A program made the translations under genes and the position numbers. Below are positions 1-11,636 of a stretch of 64,000 nt of DNA, one piece after another. Each line of letters starts with the position of its first letter. Within the stretch, counting starts at the first letter, position 1. Origin of the DNA: Escherichia coli (GTDB lineage Bacteria; Pseudomonadota; Gammaproteobacteria; Enterobacterales; Enterobacteriaceae); NCBI RefSeq assembly GCF_041886205.1, contig NZ_CP169029.1; one strand, written 5' to 3'. The notes under the pieces are model-generated. The model did no database searches, was not told where the DNA came from, and worked only from the letters and a program-made list of their open reading frames with translations.

Positions 1-2043
1 CATACAACCGATGCTGCAGGCTCAGCTCGTGCCGCCAGCACGTCAGCCGGACAGGCTGCATCATCTGCTCAGTCAGCATCTTCCAGCGCAGGAACGGCAT
101 CAACAAAGGCCAGTGAAGCATCGAAAAGTGCTGCTGCTGCAGAGTCCTCAAAAAGCGCGGCGGCCACCAGTGCCGCTGCGGCGAAAACGTCAGAAACGAA
201 TGCGGCAGCGTCACAACAATCAGCAGCCACTTCTGCATCCGCCGCGACCACGAAGGCGTCAGAAGCTGCCACCTCAGCCCGGGATGCGGCGGCCTCAAAA
301 GAGGCGGCAAAATCATCAGAAACGAGCGCAGCCTCGAGCGCCAGTAGTGCAGCCTCCTCGGCAACAGCGGCAGGAAATTCCGCGAAGGCGGCAAAAACGT
401 CCGAGACGAACGCTAAGTCTTCTGAGACGGCAGCAGCACAGAGTGCCTCCGCAGCAGCAGACTCAAAAACAGCGGCTGCCTCATCTGCCAGCGCCGCGTC
501 AACAAATGCCGGGCAGGCCTCAGCCAGTGCCACCGCCGCCGGAAAATCGGCAGAAAGTGCTGCATCGTCCGCTTCAACAGCCACAACGAAGGCTGGCGAA
601 GCCGCTGTACAGGCCAGCGCAGCAGCGAGGTCTGCTTCCGCAGCGAAGACATCCGAGACGAACGCGAAAGCGTCGGAAACCAGCGCAGAATCCTCAAAAA
701 CGGCTGCCGCATCGTCCGCCAGTTCGGCGGCGTCATCGGCATCATCGGCGTCTGCTTCAAAAGATGAGGCGACCAGACAGGCGTCAGCAGCAAAGGGCAG
801 CGCCACGACGGCATCCACGAAGGCGACAGAGGCAGCTGGCAGTGCGACGGCGGCAGCTCAGAGCAAAAGTACGGCGGAATCCGCGGCAACGCGCGCCGAG
901 ACAGCGGCAAAACGGGCAGAGGATATTGCATCCGCCGTGGTGCTTGAGGATGCGAGCACGACGAAAAAGGGGATAACCATGCCACAGGCGAGTTCTGTTG
1001 TTTCAATTACGTTGATTGGTGGTGCGGGATTTAACGTGGGGTCACCTCAACAGGCAGGTATATCTGAACTTGTTTTGCGTGCAGGTAATGGTAATCCGAA
1101 GGGGATTACTGGTGCTTTATGGCAGCGCACATCGACAGGGTTTACAAATTTTGCCTGGGTCAATACATCTGGTGATACTTACGATATTTACGTTGCAATC
1201 GGAAATTATGCGACTGGTGTAAATATTCAATGGGATTATACCAGTAATGCCAGCGTGACGATTCATACGTCACCAGCATATTCTGCTAATAAGCCGGAAG
1301 GGTTAACGGACGGTACAGTTTATTCACTCTATACGCCATCAGAGCAGTTTTATCCGCCTGGCGCACCAATCCCGTGGCCATCAGATACCGTTCCGTCTGG
1401 CTATGCCCTGATGCAGGGGCAGACTTTTGACAAATCTGCATACCCGAAACTTGCAGCCGCTTATCCGTCAGGCGTGATCCCTGATATGCGTGGCTGGACG
1501 ATTAAGGGCAAACCCGCCAGTGGTCGTGCCGTATTGTCTCAGGAACAGGACGGCATTAAATCGCACACCCACAGCGCCAGCGCATCCAGTACGGATTTGG
1601 GGACGAAAAACACATCGTCGTTTGATTACGGAACCAAATCCACGAATAACACCGGGGCGCATACCCATAGTATTAGCGGGACTGCAAATAGTGCCGGTGC
1701 GCACCAACACAAGAGTTCCGGTGCATTTGGTGGCACGAACACGAGCATTTTCCCTAATGGTTATACCGCGATTTCAAATCTAAGCGCGGGGATTATGAGC
1801 ACAACAAGCGGTAGTGGCCAGACTCGTAATGCAGGGAAGACATCATCAGATGGTGCTCATACCCACTCGCTGTCCGGCACTGCTGCAAGCGCAGGCGCAC
1901 ATGCACATACTGTCGGTATTGGTGCTCATACGCACTCCGTTGCGATTGGTTCACATGGACACACCATCACCGTTAACGCTGCTGGTAACGCGGAAAACAC
2001 CGTCAAAAACATCGCATTTAACTATATTGTGAGGCTTGCATAA
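1..2043 (+). CDS. stfQ: Side tail fibre protein, 5'-partial (continues upstream of window)
   Basis: Frame 1 is open from base 1 to the TAA at 2041-2043; Ala/Ser/Thr-rich repeats (AKTSETNA-like) then His-rich HTHS/AHxH C-terminal motifs typical of lambdoid Stf; the ORF track 937..2043 is the C-terminal part of this frame. Confidence 0.85.
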   Translation, partial: HTTDAAGSARAASTSAGQAASSAQSASSSAGTASTKASEASKSAAAAESSKSAAATSAAAAKTSETNAAASQQSAATSASAATTKASEAATSARDAAASKEAAKSSETSAASSASSAASSATAAGNSAKAAKTSETNAKSSETAAAQSASAAADSKTAAASSASAASTNAGQASASATAAGKSAESAASSASTATTKAGEAAVQASAAARSASAAKTSETNAKASETSAESSKTAAASSASSAASSASSASASKDEATRQASAAKGSATTASTKATEAAGSATAAAQSKSTAESAATRAETAAKRAEDIASAVVLEDASTTKKGITMPQASSVVSITLIGGAGFNVGSPQQAGISELVLRAGNGNPKGITGALWQRTSTGFTNFAWVNTSGDTYDIYVAIGNYATGVNIQWDYTSNASVTIHTSPAYSANKPEGLTDGTVYSLYTPSEQFYPPGAPIPWPSDTVPSGYALMQGQTFDKSAYPKLAAAYPSGVIPDMRGWTIKGKPASGRAVLSQEQDGIKSHTHSASASSTDLGTKNTSSFDYGTKSTNNTGAHTHSISGTANSAGAHQHKSSGAFGGTNTSIFPNGYTAISNLSAGIMSTTSGSGQTRNAGKTSSDGAHTHSLSGTAASAGAHAHTVGIGAHTHSVAIGSHGHTITVNAAGNAENTVKNIAFNYIVRLA

Positions 2044-2618
2044 TGGCATTCAGAATGAGTGAACAACCACAGACCATAAAAATTTATAATCTGCTGGCCG
2101 GAACTAATGAATTTATTGGTGAAGGTGACGCATATATTCCGCCTCATACAGGTCTGCCAGCAAACAGTACCGATATTGCACCGCCAGATATTCCGGCAGG
2201 CTTCGTGGCTGTTTTCAACAGTGATGAGGCATCGTGGCATCTCGTTGAAGATCATCGGGGAAAAACCGTCTATGACGTGGCTTCCGGCGACGCGTTATTT
2301 ATTTCTGAACTCGGTCCGTTACCGGAAAATGTTACCTGGTTATCGCCGGAAGGGGAGTTTCAGAAGTGGAACGGCACAGCCTGGGTGAAGGATACGGAAG
2401 CAGAAAAACTGTTCCGGATCCGGGAGGCGGAAGAAACAAAAAACAACCTGATGCAGGTAGCCAGTGAGCATATTGCGCCGCTTCAGGATGCTGCAGATCT
2501 GGAAATTGCAACGGAGGAAGAAATCTCGTTGCTGGAAGCATGGAAAAAGTATCGGGTATTGCTGAACCGTGTTGATACGTCAACTGCACAGGATATTGAA
2601 TGGCCAGCACTGCCGTAG
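2043..2618 (+). CDS. tfaQ: Tail fibre assembly protein (191 aa)
   Basis: ATG overlaps the stf stop (TAATG); protein [16 protein letters not shown]... matches the Tfa family. Confidence 0.9.
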   Translation: MAFRMSEQPQTIKIYNLLAGTNEFIGEGDAYIPPHTGLPANSTDIAPPDIPAGFVAVFNSDEASWHLVEDHRGKTVYDVASGDALFISELGPLPENVTWLSPEGEFQKWNGTAWVKDTEAEKLFRIREAEETKNNLMQVASEHIAPLQDAADLEIATEEEISLLEAWKKYRVLLNRVDTSTAQDIEWPALP

Positions 2619-2715
2619 GGTAAAACATATAAATTCTATAATTAGATGTATCTTTCCATTTACGGCAAGGAAGGGGGCTTGGAACACGTAAAGCATCTCA
2701 CACCGAGATTATTTT

Positions 2716-3306
2716 TTATATGTCAGGTGTCTGAAGTTTTGCTTTGGCTCTTAAAATGGTTTGCCGCGAGGTTTTGAATTCCCGGGCAATGGCACTTATA
2801 CTTACACCTGACTTAATTCGTTCGAATACCACCTGTTTCTGTTCTTCATTTAACACAGGTGGTCGACCAAAACGTTTCCCTGCGCCGCGGGCTCTTACTA
2901 TCCCGGAATGAGTGCGTTCAAGTAAAAGGTCTCGTTCAAATTCAGCGACTGCTGAAATTACTTGCATCATCATTTTTCCTGTTGGACTGGTCAGGTCAAT
3001 GCCACCCAATGCTAAGCAATGCACTCTGATACCTGTTTCGGTCAGTTGTTCCACTGTTTTCCTGATATCCATTGCATTACAACCAAGGCGATCCAGTTTT
3101 GTCACAATCAATTGATCACCACATTTCAGGCGAGCAAGCAACCGGTTAAAACCAGGACGCTCACTGGTTGCTGCTGAGCCGCTAATGTGTTCTTCGATTA
3201 TTTGCTGAGGTTTGATTTTAAAACCTGCACTTTCGATTTCCCGGCGTTGATTTTCGGTGGTCTGATCCAGCGTTGATATCCGACAGTAAGCAAAAATTCG
3301 AGACAT
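2716..3306 (-). CDS. pinQ: Serine recombinase / DNA invertase (Pin/Hin/Gin family, 196 aa)
   Basis: N-terminal resolvase fold [15 protein letters not shown] with catalytic Ser context, C-terminal HTH; convergent with stf-tfa. Confidence 0.9.
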
Positions 3307-3623
3307 AGTGAGACTCTATTCGAAATTGGTGTTCATATCATAATGCATCTCAGAAAATAATTATGATTATTTTTGTGCATATTTGTATGTACACGTTCGA
3401 AAATAAACGAATGCGTATGCAACCCCGTAATTTTTGGTGAGACCCAAAATCGATTTTGTGAAAAATGGCTTTAACTTGGTTTGTTTTTCGAGTTCCGGGC
3501 GGGCTCAAGGAAGAAGAATAGTGTTGCGTGTTATTTTAACCAGATTTCAAGTTGTTTGGACGTGGAAAAGTGGAGCAAAATGTTGTTAAAGTGGAAAAAT
3601 GATAAAAAAGTAAGTTTATTATA

Positions 3624-3857
3624 TTACATTTTACCATTTAAATTTTGGTTGTCTTTAAGAACTGATATCGCTGTTTGTAATAATTCTTTGTTATCCAGCC
3701 ATGATTTTTTCTTTATGTTTCCTTCAATGTAATCAAGCAATGTTCTGGTATTAATAGGTCTTCCCTGTTTTGCTACTTCCACTACAGCATCCCCTAGGAT
3801 AATTCTTACTTCAGGAAGCTGCGCAGGGAACCACTTAAGGGTGTCTTTTGATTTCAT
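3624..3857 (-). CDS. ydfK: Small prophage protein YdfK/YnaE family (77 aa)
   Basis: ORF track 3624..3890; start placed at the internal ATG 3855-3857, which has an AAGGAA Shine-Dalgarno 8 nt upstream. Confidence 0.75.
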   Translation of the reverse strand: MKSKDTLKWFPAQLPEVRIILGDAVVEVAKQGRPINTRTLLDYIEGNIKKKSWLDNKELLQTAISVLKDNQNLNGKM

Positions 3858-4642
3858 GAAGATATTCCTTAAAATATTATTGATTTTCATTGCGATATTG
3901 TATGTCTGATTCAGGATATGTTGACTTATACATCGGTTTTGTCTGGGTTATTGGATATGCCAATCCCTAATTTTATTAGGGCATGACTAAAAATGCTGAA
4001 TATGATAAGGAGAGAAGTGATTATCAGTATGCTGTTCATATAGCCTCGAATTAGTAATGTGTTATATATGATATAGTTGACAATTTTTATCTTGGGTGTT
4101 TTTAAAGTTCGTAGATAAACATTGTCGTTTCAGGTATACAGGAATGCTAGCAGGTGGCAGCAAAAATCAGGCGGTTTATGGCGCAAGCTGAAGCGGCAAC
4201 TGCAAACTATCTTATGCAGAGACTCTACACGGATTGGGTTTAAAAGTATACATAGATAACAGTTTTTATCTGAAAAAGAAAAATATCAAGGTGATATAGC
4301 CTATATGCCTTTGATGCGGAGGAATGACTGTGATGGGAGTGATGTATCTGAATAGTTGAAAAAACGCAGACACGCCTTATGCAAGAACGTGCTGCGGTTG
4401 GCTGGTAAATTTTTCGATAGTGTGAGTATTGAATGATTTCCAGCCGTTCTTGATTTTACGCATAAATCCATGAAAAAACTACTTATCTGTTGGGGAGTTT
4501 TTTTGGGGCATATATGGGACAGAAATAGGCCCCAGATAGACACTGAGATCGAACTTAGGATGCTTTTTAAAAAATGCAACTATCTGAAAAAACCTAGAAA
4601 ACGCCAAGGAAACCACAGGATGGGAAAAAACACCTGTGAATT

Positions 4643-5926
4643 ATGGATTTCCAGTTATATTCGCTCGGCGCAGCGTTAGTGTTTCATGAAATATTTTTTC
4701 CTGAATCATCAACGGCAATGGCGTTAATTCTGGCAATGGGAACCTACGGTGCAGGTTATGTGGCGCGTATTGTCGGAGCATTTATTTTCGGCAAAATGGG
4801 CGACAGAATAGGGCGTAAAAAAGTGCTCTTTATTACCATCACCATGATGGGGATCTGTACTACCTTAATTGGTGTGCTGCCGACCTATGCACAAATTGGT
4901 GTTTTTGCACCCATCTTGCTGGTGACGCTGCGTATTATTCAGGGGTTGGGTGCAGGTGCGGAAATTTCCGGTGCCGGTACGATGCTGGCGGAATATGCGC
5001 CAAAAGGTAAGCGCGGAATTATCTCCTCATTTGTGGCTATGGGAACTAACTGCGGAACCTTGAGCGCAACGGCAATCTGGGCCTTTATGTTCTTCATTCT
5101 CAGTAAAGAGGAACTGCTGGCGTGGGGATGGCGTATACCGTTCCTGGCGAGCGTTGTCGTGATGGTCTTTGCTATCTCGTTACGTATGAATCTGAAAGAA
5201 AGCCCGGTCTTTGAGAAGGTTAATGACAGCAACCAACCGACAGCAAAACCTGCACCTGCTGGTAGCATGTTCCAGAGCAAATCCTTCTGGCTGGCAACAG
5301 GGCTGCGTTTTGGTCAGGCGGGTAACTCCGGGTTAATTCAGACTTTCCTTGCAGGCTATTTAGTGCAGACGTTATTGTTTAACAAAGCAATTCCAACAGA
5401 TGCATTGATGATTAGTTCGATTCTCGGCTTTATGACCATTCCGTTCCTTGGTTGGTTATCCGATAAAATTGGTCGCCGGATCCCGTATATTATTATGAAT
5501 ACCTCCGCGATTGTGCTGGCATGGCCAATGCTTTCTATCATCGTAGATAAAAGCTATGCCCCGAGCACCATTATGGTTGCACTGATTGTGATTCATAACT
5601 GTGCGGTGCTGGGATTATTTGCTCTGGAAAACATTACCATGGCAGAAATGTTCGGCTGTAAAAACCGCTTTACCCGGATGGCTATTTCTAAAGAAATTGG
5701 TGGTCTTATCGCTTCCGGTTTTGGTCCTATCCTGGCGGGTATTTTCTGCACCATGACGGAATCCTGGTATCCGATCGCCATTATGATCATGGCATATTCA
5801 GTGATTGGTTTAATCTCTGCGCTGAAAATGCCAGAGGTGAAAGACCGTGATTTAAGTGCGCTGGAAGACGCTGCGGAAGATCAACCGCGTGTTGTAAGAG
5901 CTGCGCAACCTTCCAGAAGTCTGTAA
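4643..5926 (+). CDS. ydfJ: MFS (MHS-family) transporter, apparently N-terminally truncated at the prophage junction
   Basis: 427-aa ORF with MFS signatures (GKMGDRIGRKK loop) but lacking the usual N-terminal segment; begins right after the prophage/host boundary. Confidence 0.8.
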   Translation: MDFQLYSLGAALVFHEIFFPESSTAMALILAMGTYGAGYVARIVGAFIFGKMGDRIGRKKVLFITITMMGICTTLIGVLPTYAQIGVFAPILLVTLRIIQGLGAGAEISGAGTMLAEYAPKGKRGIISSFVAMGTNCGTLSATAIWAFMFFILSKEELLAWGWRIPFLASVVVMVFAISLRMNLKESPVFEKVNDSNQPTAKPAPAGSMFQSKSFWLATGLRFGQAGNSGLIQTFLAGYLVQTLLFNKAIPTDALMISSILGFMTIPFLGWLSDKIGRRIPYIIMNTSAIVLAWPMLSIIVDKSYAPSTIMVALIVIHNCAVLGLFALENITMAEMFGCKNRFTRMAISKEIGGLIASGFGPILAGIFCTMTESWYPIAIMIMAYSVIGLISALKMPEVKDRDLSALEDAAEDQPRVVRAAQPSRSL

Positions 5927-6013
5927 ACCCTCAATCCCTTCTCTTACCGGAGAGGGGATTTTTATTCATATAACAAAACATGTAGCTTGCATATTTAAAT
6001 TTAAGGAATTGTT

Positions 6014-7474
6014 ATGGGAAATAATTTGTTATCAGCAAAAGCGACGCTCCCTGTTTATGATCGTAATAACCTAGCTCCAAGAATTGTTCATTTAGGCTTT
6101 GGTGCATTTCACCGTGCGCATCAGGGTGTGTATGCCGATATTCTTGCTACGGAACATTTCAGTGACTGGGGATATTATGAGGTCAACTTAATCGGCGGCG
6201 AACAGCAAATTGCCGATTTACAACAGCAAGATAATCTTTATACCGTTGCGGAAATGTCGGCCGATGTGTGGACGGCTCGCGTTGTTGGCGTCGTTAAAAA
6301 AGCCTTGCACGTACAGATAGATGGCTTAGAAACCGTGTTGGCAGCGATGTGTGAACCGCAAATCGCGATTGTCTCTCTGACAATCACCGAAAAAGGGTAT
6401 TTCCACTCTCCGGCGACCGGACAGTTAATGCTCGATCACCCGATGGTAGCTGCCGACGTGCAAAATCCCCACCAGCCGAAAACAGCAACAGGGGTGATTG
6501 TTGAGGCGCTGGCTCGCCGTAAAGCGGCAGGACTTCCCGCATTTACCGTCATGTCATGTGACAACATGCCAGAAAACGGTCATGTTATGCGTGACGTTGT
6601 CACTTCCTACGCACAAGCCGTTGATGTAAAACTGGCACAATGGATCGAAGATAACGTGACTTTCCCATCAACAATGGTGGACCGTATTGTGCCCGCAGTG
6701 ACAGAGGATACGCTGGCGAAAATCGAACAACTTACCGGTGTGCGCGATCCTGCGGGCGTTGCCTGTGAACCTTTCCGCCAGTGGGTAATAGAAGATAACT
6801 TTGTTGCCGGACGTCCGGAATGGGAAAAAGCGGGAGCCGAACTGGTTAGCGATGTGCTGCCTTATGAAGAGATGAAGTTGCGCATGCTCAACGGCAGTCA
6901 TTCATTCCTGGCGTATCTGGGGTATCTTGCAGGATATCAGCACATTAATGACTGTATGGAAGATGAACATTATCGTTATGCGGCGTATGGCTTGATGTTG
7001 CAGGAACAAGCGCCGACGTTGAAAGTGCAGGGCGTTGATTTGCAAGATTACGCTAACCGATTAATTGCACGCTATAGCAACCCGGCGTTACGTCATCGAA
7101 CCTGGCAGATTGCGATGGATGGTAGCCAGAAATTGCCACAGCGGATGTTGGATTCTGTTCGCTGGCATCTGGCGCATGACAGCAAGTTCGATCTGCTGGC
7201 GCTGGGCGTCGCGGGTTGGATGCGTTATGTCAGTGGTGTTGATGAACAGGGAAATCCGATAGAAATCAGTGACCCACTGTTACCTGTTATTCAGAAGGCT
7301 GTACAAAGTAGTGCCGAAGGGAAAGCGCGCGTCCAGTCATTGCTGGCGATTAAGGCGATCTTTGGTGATGATTTGCCAGACAATAGTTTGTTTACTGCAA
7401 GAGTGACGGAAACGTACTTGTCTTTATTAGCGCATGGCGCGAAAGCGACCGTGGCAAAATATTCCGTGAAGTAA
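6014..7474 (+). CDS. ydfI: Mannitol/mannonate dehydrogenase-family oxidoreductase (486 aa)
   Basis: [10 protein letters not shown] dinucleotide-binding N-terminus, long-chain mannitol dehydrogenase family; RBS present. Confidence 0.9.
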   Translation: MGNNLLSAKATLPVYDRNNLAPRIVHLGFGAFHRAHQGVYADILATEHFSDWGYYEVNLIGGEQQIADLQQQDNLYTVAEMSADVWTARVVGVVKKALHVQIDGLETVLAAMCEPQIAIVSLTITEKGYFHSPATGQLMLDHPMVAADVQNPHQPKTATGVIVEALARRKAAGLPAFTVMSCDNMPENGHVMRDVVTSYAQAVDVKLAQWIEDNVTFPSTMVDRIVPAVTEDTLAKIEQLTGVRDPAGVACEPFRQWVIEDNFVAGRPEWEKAGAELVSDVLPYEEMKLRMLNGSHSFLAYLGYLAGYQHINDCMEDEHYRYAAYGLMLQEQAPTLKVQGVDLQDYANRLIARYSNPALRHRTWQIAMDGSQKLPQRMLDSVRWHLAHDSKFDLLALGVAGWMRYVSGVDEQGNPIEISDPLLPVIQKAVQSSAEGKARVQSLLAIKAIFGDDLPDNSLFTARVTETYLSLLAHGAKATVAKYSVK

Positions 7475-7477
7475 AAA

Positions 7478-7498
7478 AGCAATGCCGCCATCGGCGGC
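7478..7498. terminator. Hairpin (AATGCCGCC-atc-GGCGGCATT) between convergent ydfI and ydfZ; T-run on the minus strand
   Basis: Perfect 9-bp stem read directly; followed by a T-tract on the ydfZ strand. Confidence 0.5.
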
Positions 7499-7508
7499 AT
7501 TCACACGC

Positions 7509-7712
7509 TTAGTTCATGCCGAGACGAATCAGGTCCAGTGGTGCCAGTTTCTCTTCACAACCTTCAACAACTACGGTTTTTCCGCGGCGGATTTGCTCAG
7601 CGGTCAGACCTTCAGTATCAATCGACAGGATCTTGCCAGTGTGACCGGTGCCGCTAACCATAACACGGCTGCCAGTGGTGATTGCGTTACGGTTACGATC
7701 GTAGGTCGTCAT
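7509..7712 (-). CDS. ydfZ: Small conserved protein YdfZ (67 aa)
   Basis: [39 protein letters not shown]...; conserved position. Confidence 0.85.
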
Positions 7713-7888
7713 AGGTGTTTTCTCCTTTCTGATTTACAGTCGAAGCCCACGTAACGGGCGCAATATAAATACTCCTGTCGAGTGAAATATTTTTTGTTTT
7801 TGATCAAGCTCACATCTTTTTTGATGCATGCATGAGCCATAAGGCGGGGGAAAAGACTCTCACCCCGGATGGGATGAGAGGAAATGAA

Positions 7889-8575
7889 TTACTCTTCGCT
7901 AAACCAGTCGCTGTTTTCCTGGCGGATCTGGCGCACGGATTCGCTGATTTCCTGCAAATGTTGCGTCATTGCACGTTCTACCGCATCGCCATCACGTTTT
8001 TGCAGGGCAGAGAAAATATCAAGATGCTGGCGTAACAGCATTTCTGGTGGAGAAACGTGGTCGAAACTCATATAGCGCACGCGATCAACGGTCGCTTTCA
8101 GGTTCTCAATGGTATCCCACGCCAGTTGACAGTCGGCAATCTGCGTCAGGAGTTGATGGAAGTTGTCATCAAGTTCAAAAAAATCATCCAGTTGCTTGCG
8201 CTCAATGGCAATGCGTTGCTGGTGAAGATTTTGTTCCAGTTGATAGCACTGGCTTTCGGTAATCATGCTCGCCGCCCGACGCGCCACCGCGCACTCAATG
8301 GCCTGACGGATAAAACTGCCGTTGCGCACCTGGGCCATGGAAATTTTGTTGACGTAGCTGCCACGTTGCGGACGAATTTGAATCAGGCCGTTTTCCGCCA
8401 GTTTAATAAAGGCTTCACGAACCGGCTGGCGTGACACATTGAAACGAACAGAAACTTCTTTTTCCGACAACGGTGTGCCTGGAGCAATCAGGCAATGGAC
8501 AATGTCGCGACGAAGAATACGATAAATCTGCTGATTGACAGGCTGTGTGGGATTAAGTTGCGTTTCGACGGTCAT
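7889..8575 (-). CDS. ydfH: GntR/FadR-family transcriptional regulator (228 aa)
   Basis: N-terminal winged HTH ([40 protein letters not shown]) plus FCD domain. Confidence 0.9.
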
Positions 8576-8663
8576 TCGTTCTTGCTTGTGAGTGAGTTAA
8601 CTGCATGAGTCTACCACTTTTTTGTGACAAGCAATAACCCGGCAGTTACGCCGGGTATAAAAA

Positions 8664-9410
8664 TTACTGACGGTGGATATTCAGTCCGGCATAGCTTTGG
8701 GTAACCGGCATCATTTCCAGGGTATTGATATTGACGTGAGCAGGCAGCGTTGACACCCACCAGACGGCTTCGCTGACATCTTCTGGCGTCAATGCAACGG
8801 TATTTTGATAGGTTTTTTCTGCTTTACCGTCATCGCCTTTAAAGCGGACATTGGAAAACTCGGTACCACCCACCAGACCCGGTTCGATGTCGGTGACGCG
8901 CACCGCCGTACCATGCAGATCCGTACGCAGATTCAGGCTAAACTGACGAACAAACGCTTTCGTCGCACCGTAAACGTTACCACCGGCATACGGCCAGCTA
9001 CCTGCCGTTGAGCCAATGTTAATAATATGACCATGATTACGTTCAACCATACCCGGTAAGACGGCGCGCGTCATATATACCAAGCCTTTGTTGTTGGTAT
9101 CAATCATCGTTTCCCAGTCTTCAACGCTGGCTTTATGCGCAGGCTCCATGCCCAACGCTAGGCCGGCATTATTTACCAGGATATCAATATTGCACCACTC
9201 GGCAGGAAGCGATGCCAGCATCTCTTCAATAGCGGCGCGGTTGCGAACGTCCAGTTGGGCGATATACAGATTATCTCCCAGTTCGTCTTTTAACTCCTGC
9301 AACCGTTCCTGGCGACGGCCAGTGGCGATAACTTTATGCCCTTGTTGAATAAAACGACGAGTAATGCATTCACCAAAACCTGCCGTTGCTCCAGTTACTA
9401 AAACGATCAT
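8664..9410 (-). CDS. ydfG: NADP-dependent short-chain dehydrogenase (3-hydroxy acid dehydrogenase, 248 aa)
   Basis: TGATAGFG Rossmann motif, SDR fold; start taken at MIVLVTG. Confidence 0.9.
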   Translation of the reverse strand: MIVLVTGATAGFGECITRRFIQQGHKVIATGRRQERLQELKDELGDNLYIAQLDVRNRAAIEEMLASLPAEWCNIDILVNNAGLALGMEPAHKASVEDWETMIDTNNKGLVYMTRAVLPGMVERNHGHIINIGSTAGSWPYAGGNVYGATKAFVRQFSLNLRTDLHGTAVRVTDIEPGLVGGTEFSNVRFKGDDGKAEKTYQNTVALTPEDVSEAVWWVSTLPAHVNINTLEMMPVTQSYAGLNIHRQ

Positions 9411-9546
9411 CTCACTGTTCCTCAACGCTTTTGTGTGTCAATAACATAGCACGGGATGCTTAAGAGCGGGTAATACTGGATTGCAAGATTGCACTCCGTT
9501 ATCAGTAAGCCTACGCTATGGAACACCTCGCGTTCAGGAGAAGAAA

Positions 9547-11592
9547 ATGACAACAATGAATCCTTTCCTTGTGCAAAGCACACTGCCGTATCTGGCTCCC
9601 CATTTTGATCAAATTGCCAATCATCACTATCGCCCGGCATTCGATGAGGGAATGCAGCAAAAGCGGGCAGAAATTGCTGCCATCGCGCTTAACCCGCAAA
9701 TGCCTGATTTCAACAATACTATTCTGGCACTGGAACAAAGCGGAGAATTACTTACCCGCGTTACCAGCGTCTTTTTTGCGATGACTGCGGCGCATACCAA
9801 TGATGAATTACAGCGTCTTGACGAGCAGTTTTCCGCTGAACTGGCGGAACTGGCTAATGATATCTATCTGAACGGTGAATTATTCGCGCGGGTAGATGCT
9901 GTCTGGCAGCGCCGTGAATCCCTGGGGCTTGATAGTGAATCCATCCGCCTGGTGGAGGTGATTCATCAACGTTTTGTCCTTGCCGGAGCCAAACTTGCGC
10001 AAGCTGATAAAGCAAAATTAAAAGTACTGAATACAGAAGCTGCGACCCTGACCAGCCAGTTTAACCAGCGATTACTGGCAGCAAATAAATCCGGCGGTCT
10101 GGTTGTGAACGATATCGCGCAGCTGGCAGGAATGAGTGAGCAAGAGATTGCGCTGGCGGCAGAGGCGGCTCGCGAGAAAGGTCTGGATAACAAATGGCTG
10201 ATTCCGCTGCTGAATACCACCCAACAACCGGCGCTTGCCGAAATGCGCGATCGTGCGACGCGTGAAAAACTGTTTATTGCGGGCTGGACGCGAGCGGAAA
10301 AAAATGATGCCAATGATACCCGCGCTATCATTCAACGTCTGGTGGAGATCCGTGCACAACAGGCAACACTACTTGGTTTTCCTCATTATGCCGCATGGAA
10401 AATCGCCGATCAGATGGCAAAAACACCCGAAGCAGCACTCAACTTTATGCGGGAAATTGTTCCAGCGGCGCGTCAACGTGCGAGCGATGAATTAGCCTCC
10501 ATACAGGCGGTTATCGATAAGCAGCAGGGCGGGTTTAGCGCGCAGCCGTGGGACTGGGCATTTTATGCCGAACAGGTCCGGCGGGAGAAATTTGATCTTG
10601 ATGAGGCGCAGCTCAAGCCATATTTTGAATTAAACACGGTGTTGAATGAAGGTGTATTCTGGACCGCGAATCAGCTCTTCGGTATTAAGTTTGTCGAACG
10701 TTTTGATATTCCTGTCTACCATCCTGACGTTCGAGTGTGGGAAATTTTTGATCATAATGGCGTGGGACTGGCGTTATTTTACGGTGATTTCTTCGCCCGT
10801 GATTCAAAAAGCGGCGGTGCATGGATGGGCAATTTTGTTGAGCAATCAACACTTAATGAAACGCGTCCGGTAATTTATAACGTCTGCAATTATCAGAAAC
10901 CCGCTGCCGGTGAGCCTGCGTTGTTACTCTGGGATGATGTCATAACCTTATTCCATGAATTTGGTCATACGCTGCACGGCCTCTTTGCCCGCCAGCGTTA
11001 TGCCACGCTTTCCGGCACCAACACGCCGCGTGATTTTGTCGAATTTCCGTCGCAAATCAACGAACACTGGGCAACGCATCCGCAGGTATTCGCTCGCTAC
11101 GCCCGGCATTATCAGAGCGGGGCAGCAATGCCTGACGAACTGCAACAGAAAATGCGTAATGCCAGCCTGTTCAACAAAGGGTATGAGATGAGCGAACTGC
11201 TTAGCGCCGCACTTCTCGATATGCGCTGGCATTGCCTGGAAGAAAACGAAGCAATGCAGGATGTCGATGATTTTGAATTGCGGGCGCTGGTGGCGGAAAA
11301 TATGGATCTTCCTGCTATACCGCCACGCTATCGCAGCAGTTATTTCGCCCATATTTTTGGTGGCGGATATGCCGCAGGTTATTACGCTTATCTGTGGACA
11401 CAAATGTTGGCCGATGATGGTTATCAGTGGTTTGTTGAGCAGGGCGGATTAACGCGTGAAAATGGGCTGCGTTTTCGCGAGGCGATCCTTTCCAGAGGTA
11501 ACAGCGAAGATCTGGAACGCCTGTATCGACAATGGCGCGGTAAGGCTCCTCAGATTATGCCGATGCTGCAACATCGTGGCTTGAACATATAA
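9547..11592 (+). CDS. dcp: Dipeptidyl carboxypeptidase II (M3 metallopeptidase, 681 aa)
   Basis: HEFGH zinc-binding motif present; AGGAGA RBS before the ATG at 9547; the longer ORF-track start at 9481 is rejected. Confidence 0.95.
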   Translation: MTTMNPFLVQSTLPYLAPHFDQIANHHYRPAFDEGMQQKRAEIAAIALNPQMPDFNNTILALEQSGELLTRVTSVFFAMTAAHTNDELQRLDEQFSAELAELANDIYLNGELFARVDAVWQRRESLGLDSESIRLVEVIHQRFVLAGAKLAQADKAKLKVLNTEAATLTSQFNQRLLAANKSGGLVVNDIAQLAGMSEQEIALAAEAAREKGLDNKWLIPLLNTTQQPALAEMRDRATREKLFIAGWTRAEKNDANDTRAIIQRLVEIRAQQATLLGFPHYAAWKIADQMAKTPEAALNFMREIVPAARQRASDELASIQAVIDKQQGGFSAQPWDWAFYAEQVRREKFDLDEAQLKPYFELNTVLNEGVFWTANQLFGIKFVERFDIPVYHPDVRVWEIFDHNGVGLALFYGDFFARDSKSGGAWMGNFVEQSTLNETRPVIYNVCNYQKPAAGEPALLLWDDVITLFHEFGHTLHGLFARQRYATLSGTNTPRDFVEFPSQINEHWATHPQVFARYARHYQSGAAMPDELQQKMRNASLFNKGYEMSELLSAALLDMRWHCLEENEAMQDVDDFELRALVAENMDLPAIPPRYRSSYFAHIFGGGYAAGYYAYLWTQMLADDGYQWFVEQGGLTRENGLRFREAILSRGNSEDLERLYRQWRGKAPQIMPMLQHRGLNI

Positions 11593-11636
11593 ACACCACC
11601 AATGGCTGTCCTGGAGATATCGCCAGGCCAGCCTGG

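Larger units (their letters stand above)
1..4450. mobile_element. Right-hand end of a Qin-like lambdoid prophage remnant (tail fibre, tail fibre assembly, invertase, ydfK); host junction lies roughly 3.9-4.6 kb
   Basis: Phage-type gene content (Stf, Tfa, Pin invertase) followed by AT-rich non-coding DNA and a 5'-truncated host transporter gene; boundary not mapped to the base. Confidence 0.7.

Noticed and set aside
69-818. 249-aa Ala/Asp-rich ORF on the minus strand
   Set aside because: Reverse-complement frame of the same low-complexity tail-fibre repeats; no RBS or independent support.
11-976. 321-aa Arg/Gln/Pro-rich ORF on the plus strand
   Set aside because: Alternative frame of the Stf Ala/Ser repeat region; the composition is a repeat artefact and the real coding frame is frame 1 (tail fibre).
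3307-3623. Candidate Pin recombination/crossover site (TTTTGG-N6-CCAAAA near 3440)
   Set aside because: Spacer and half-site do not match the gix/hix consensus (AAACC-NN-GGTTT); kept only as part of the orphan-invertase observation.
4470-4679. 69-aa ORF at the prophage/ydfJ junction
   Set aside because: No RBS, overlaps the ydfJ start region, basic low-complexity sequence; likely spurious.
9481-9546. Longer dcp start (ORF track 9481)
   Set aside because: The ATG at 9547 has an AGGAGA RBS and gives the expected 681-aa peptidase.
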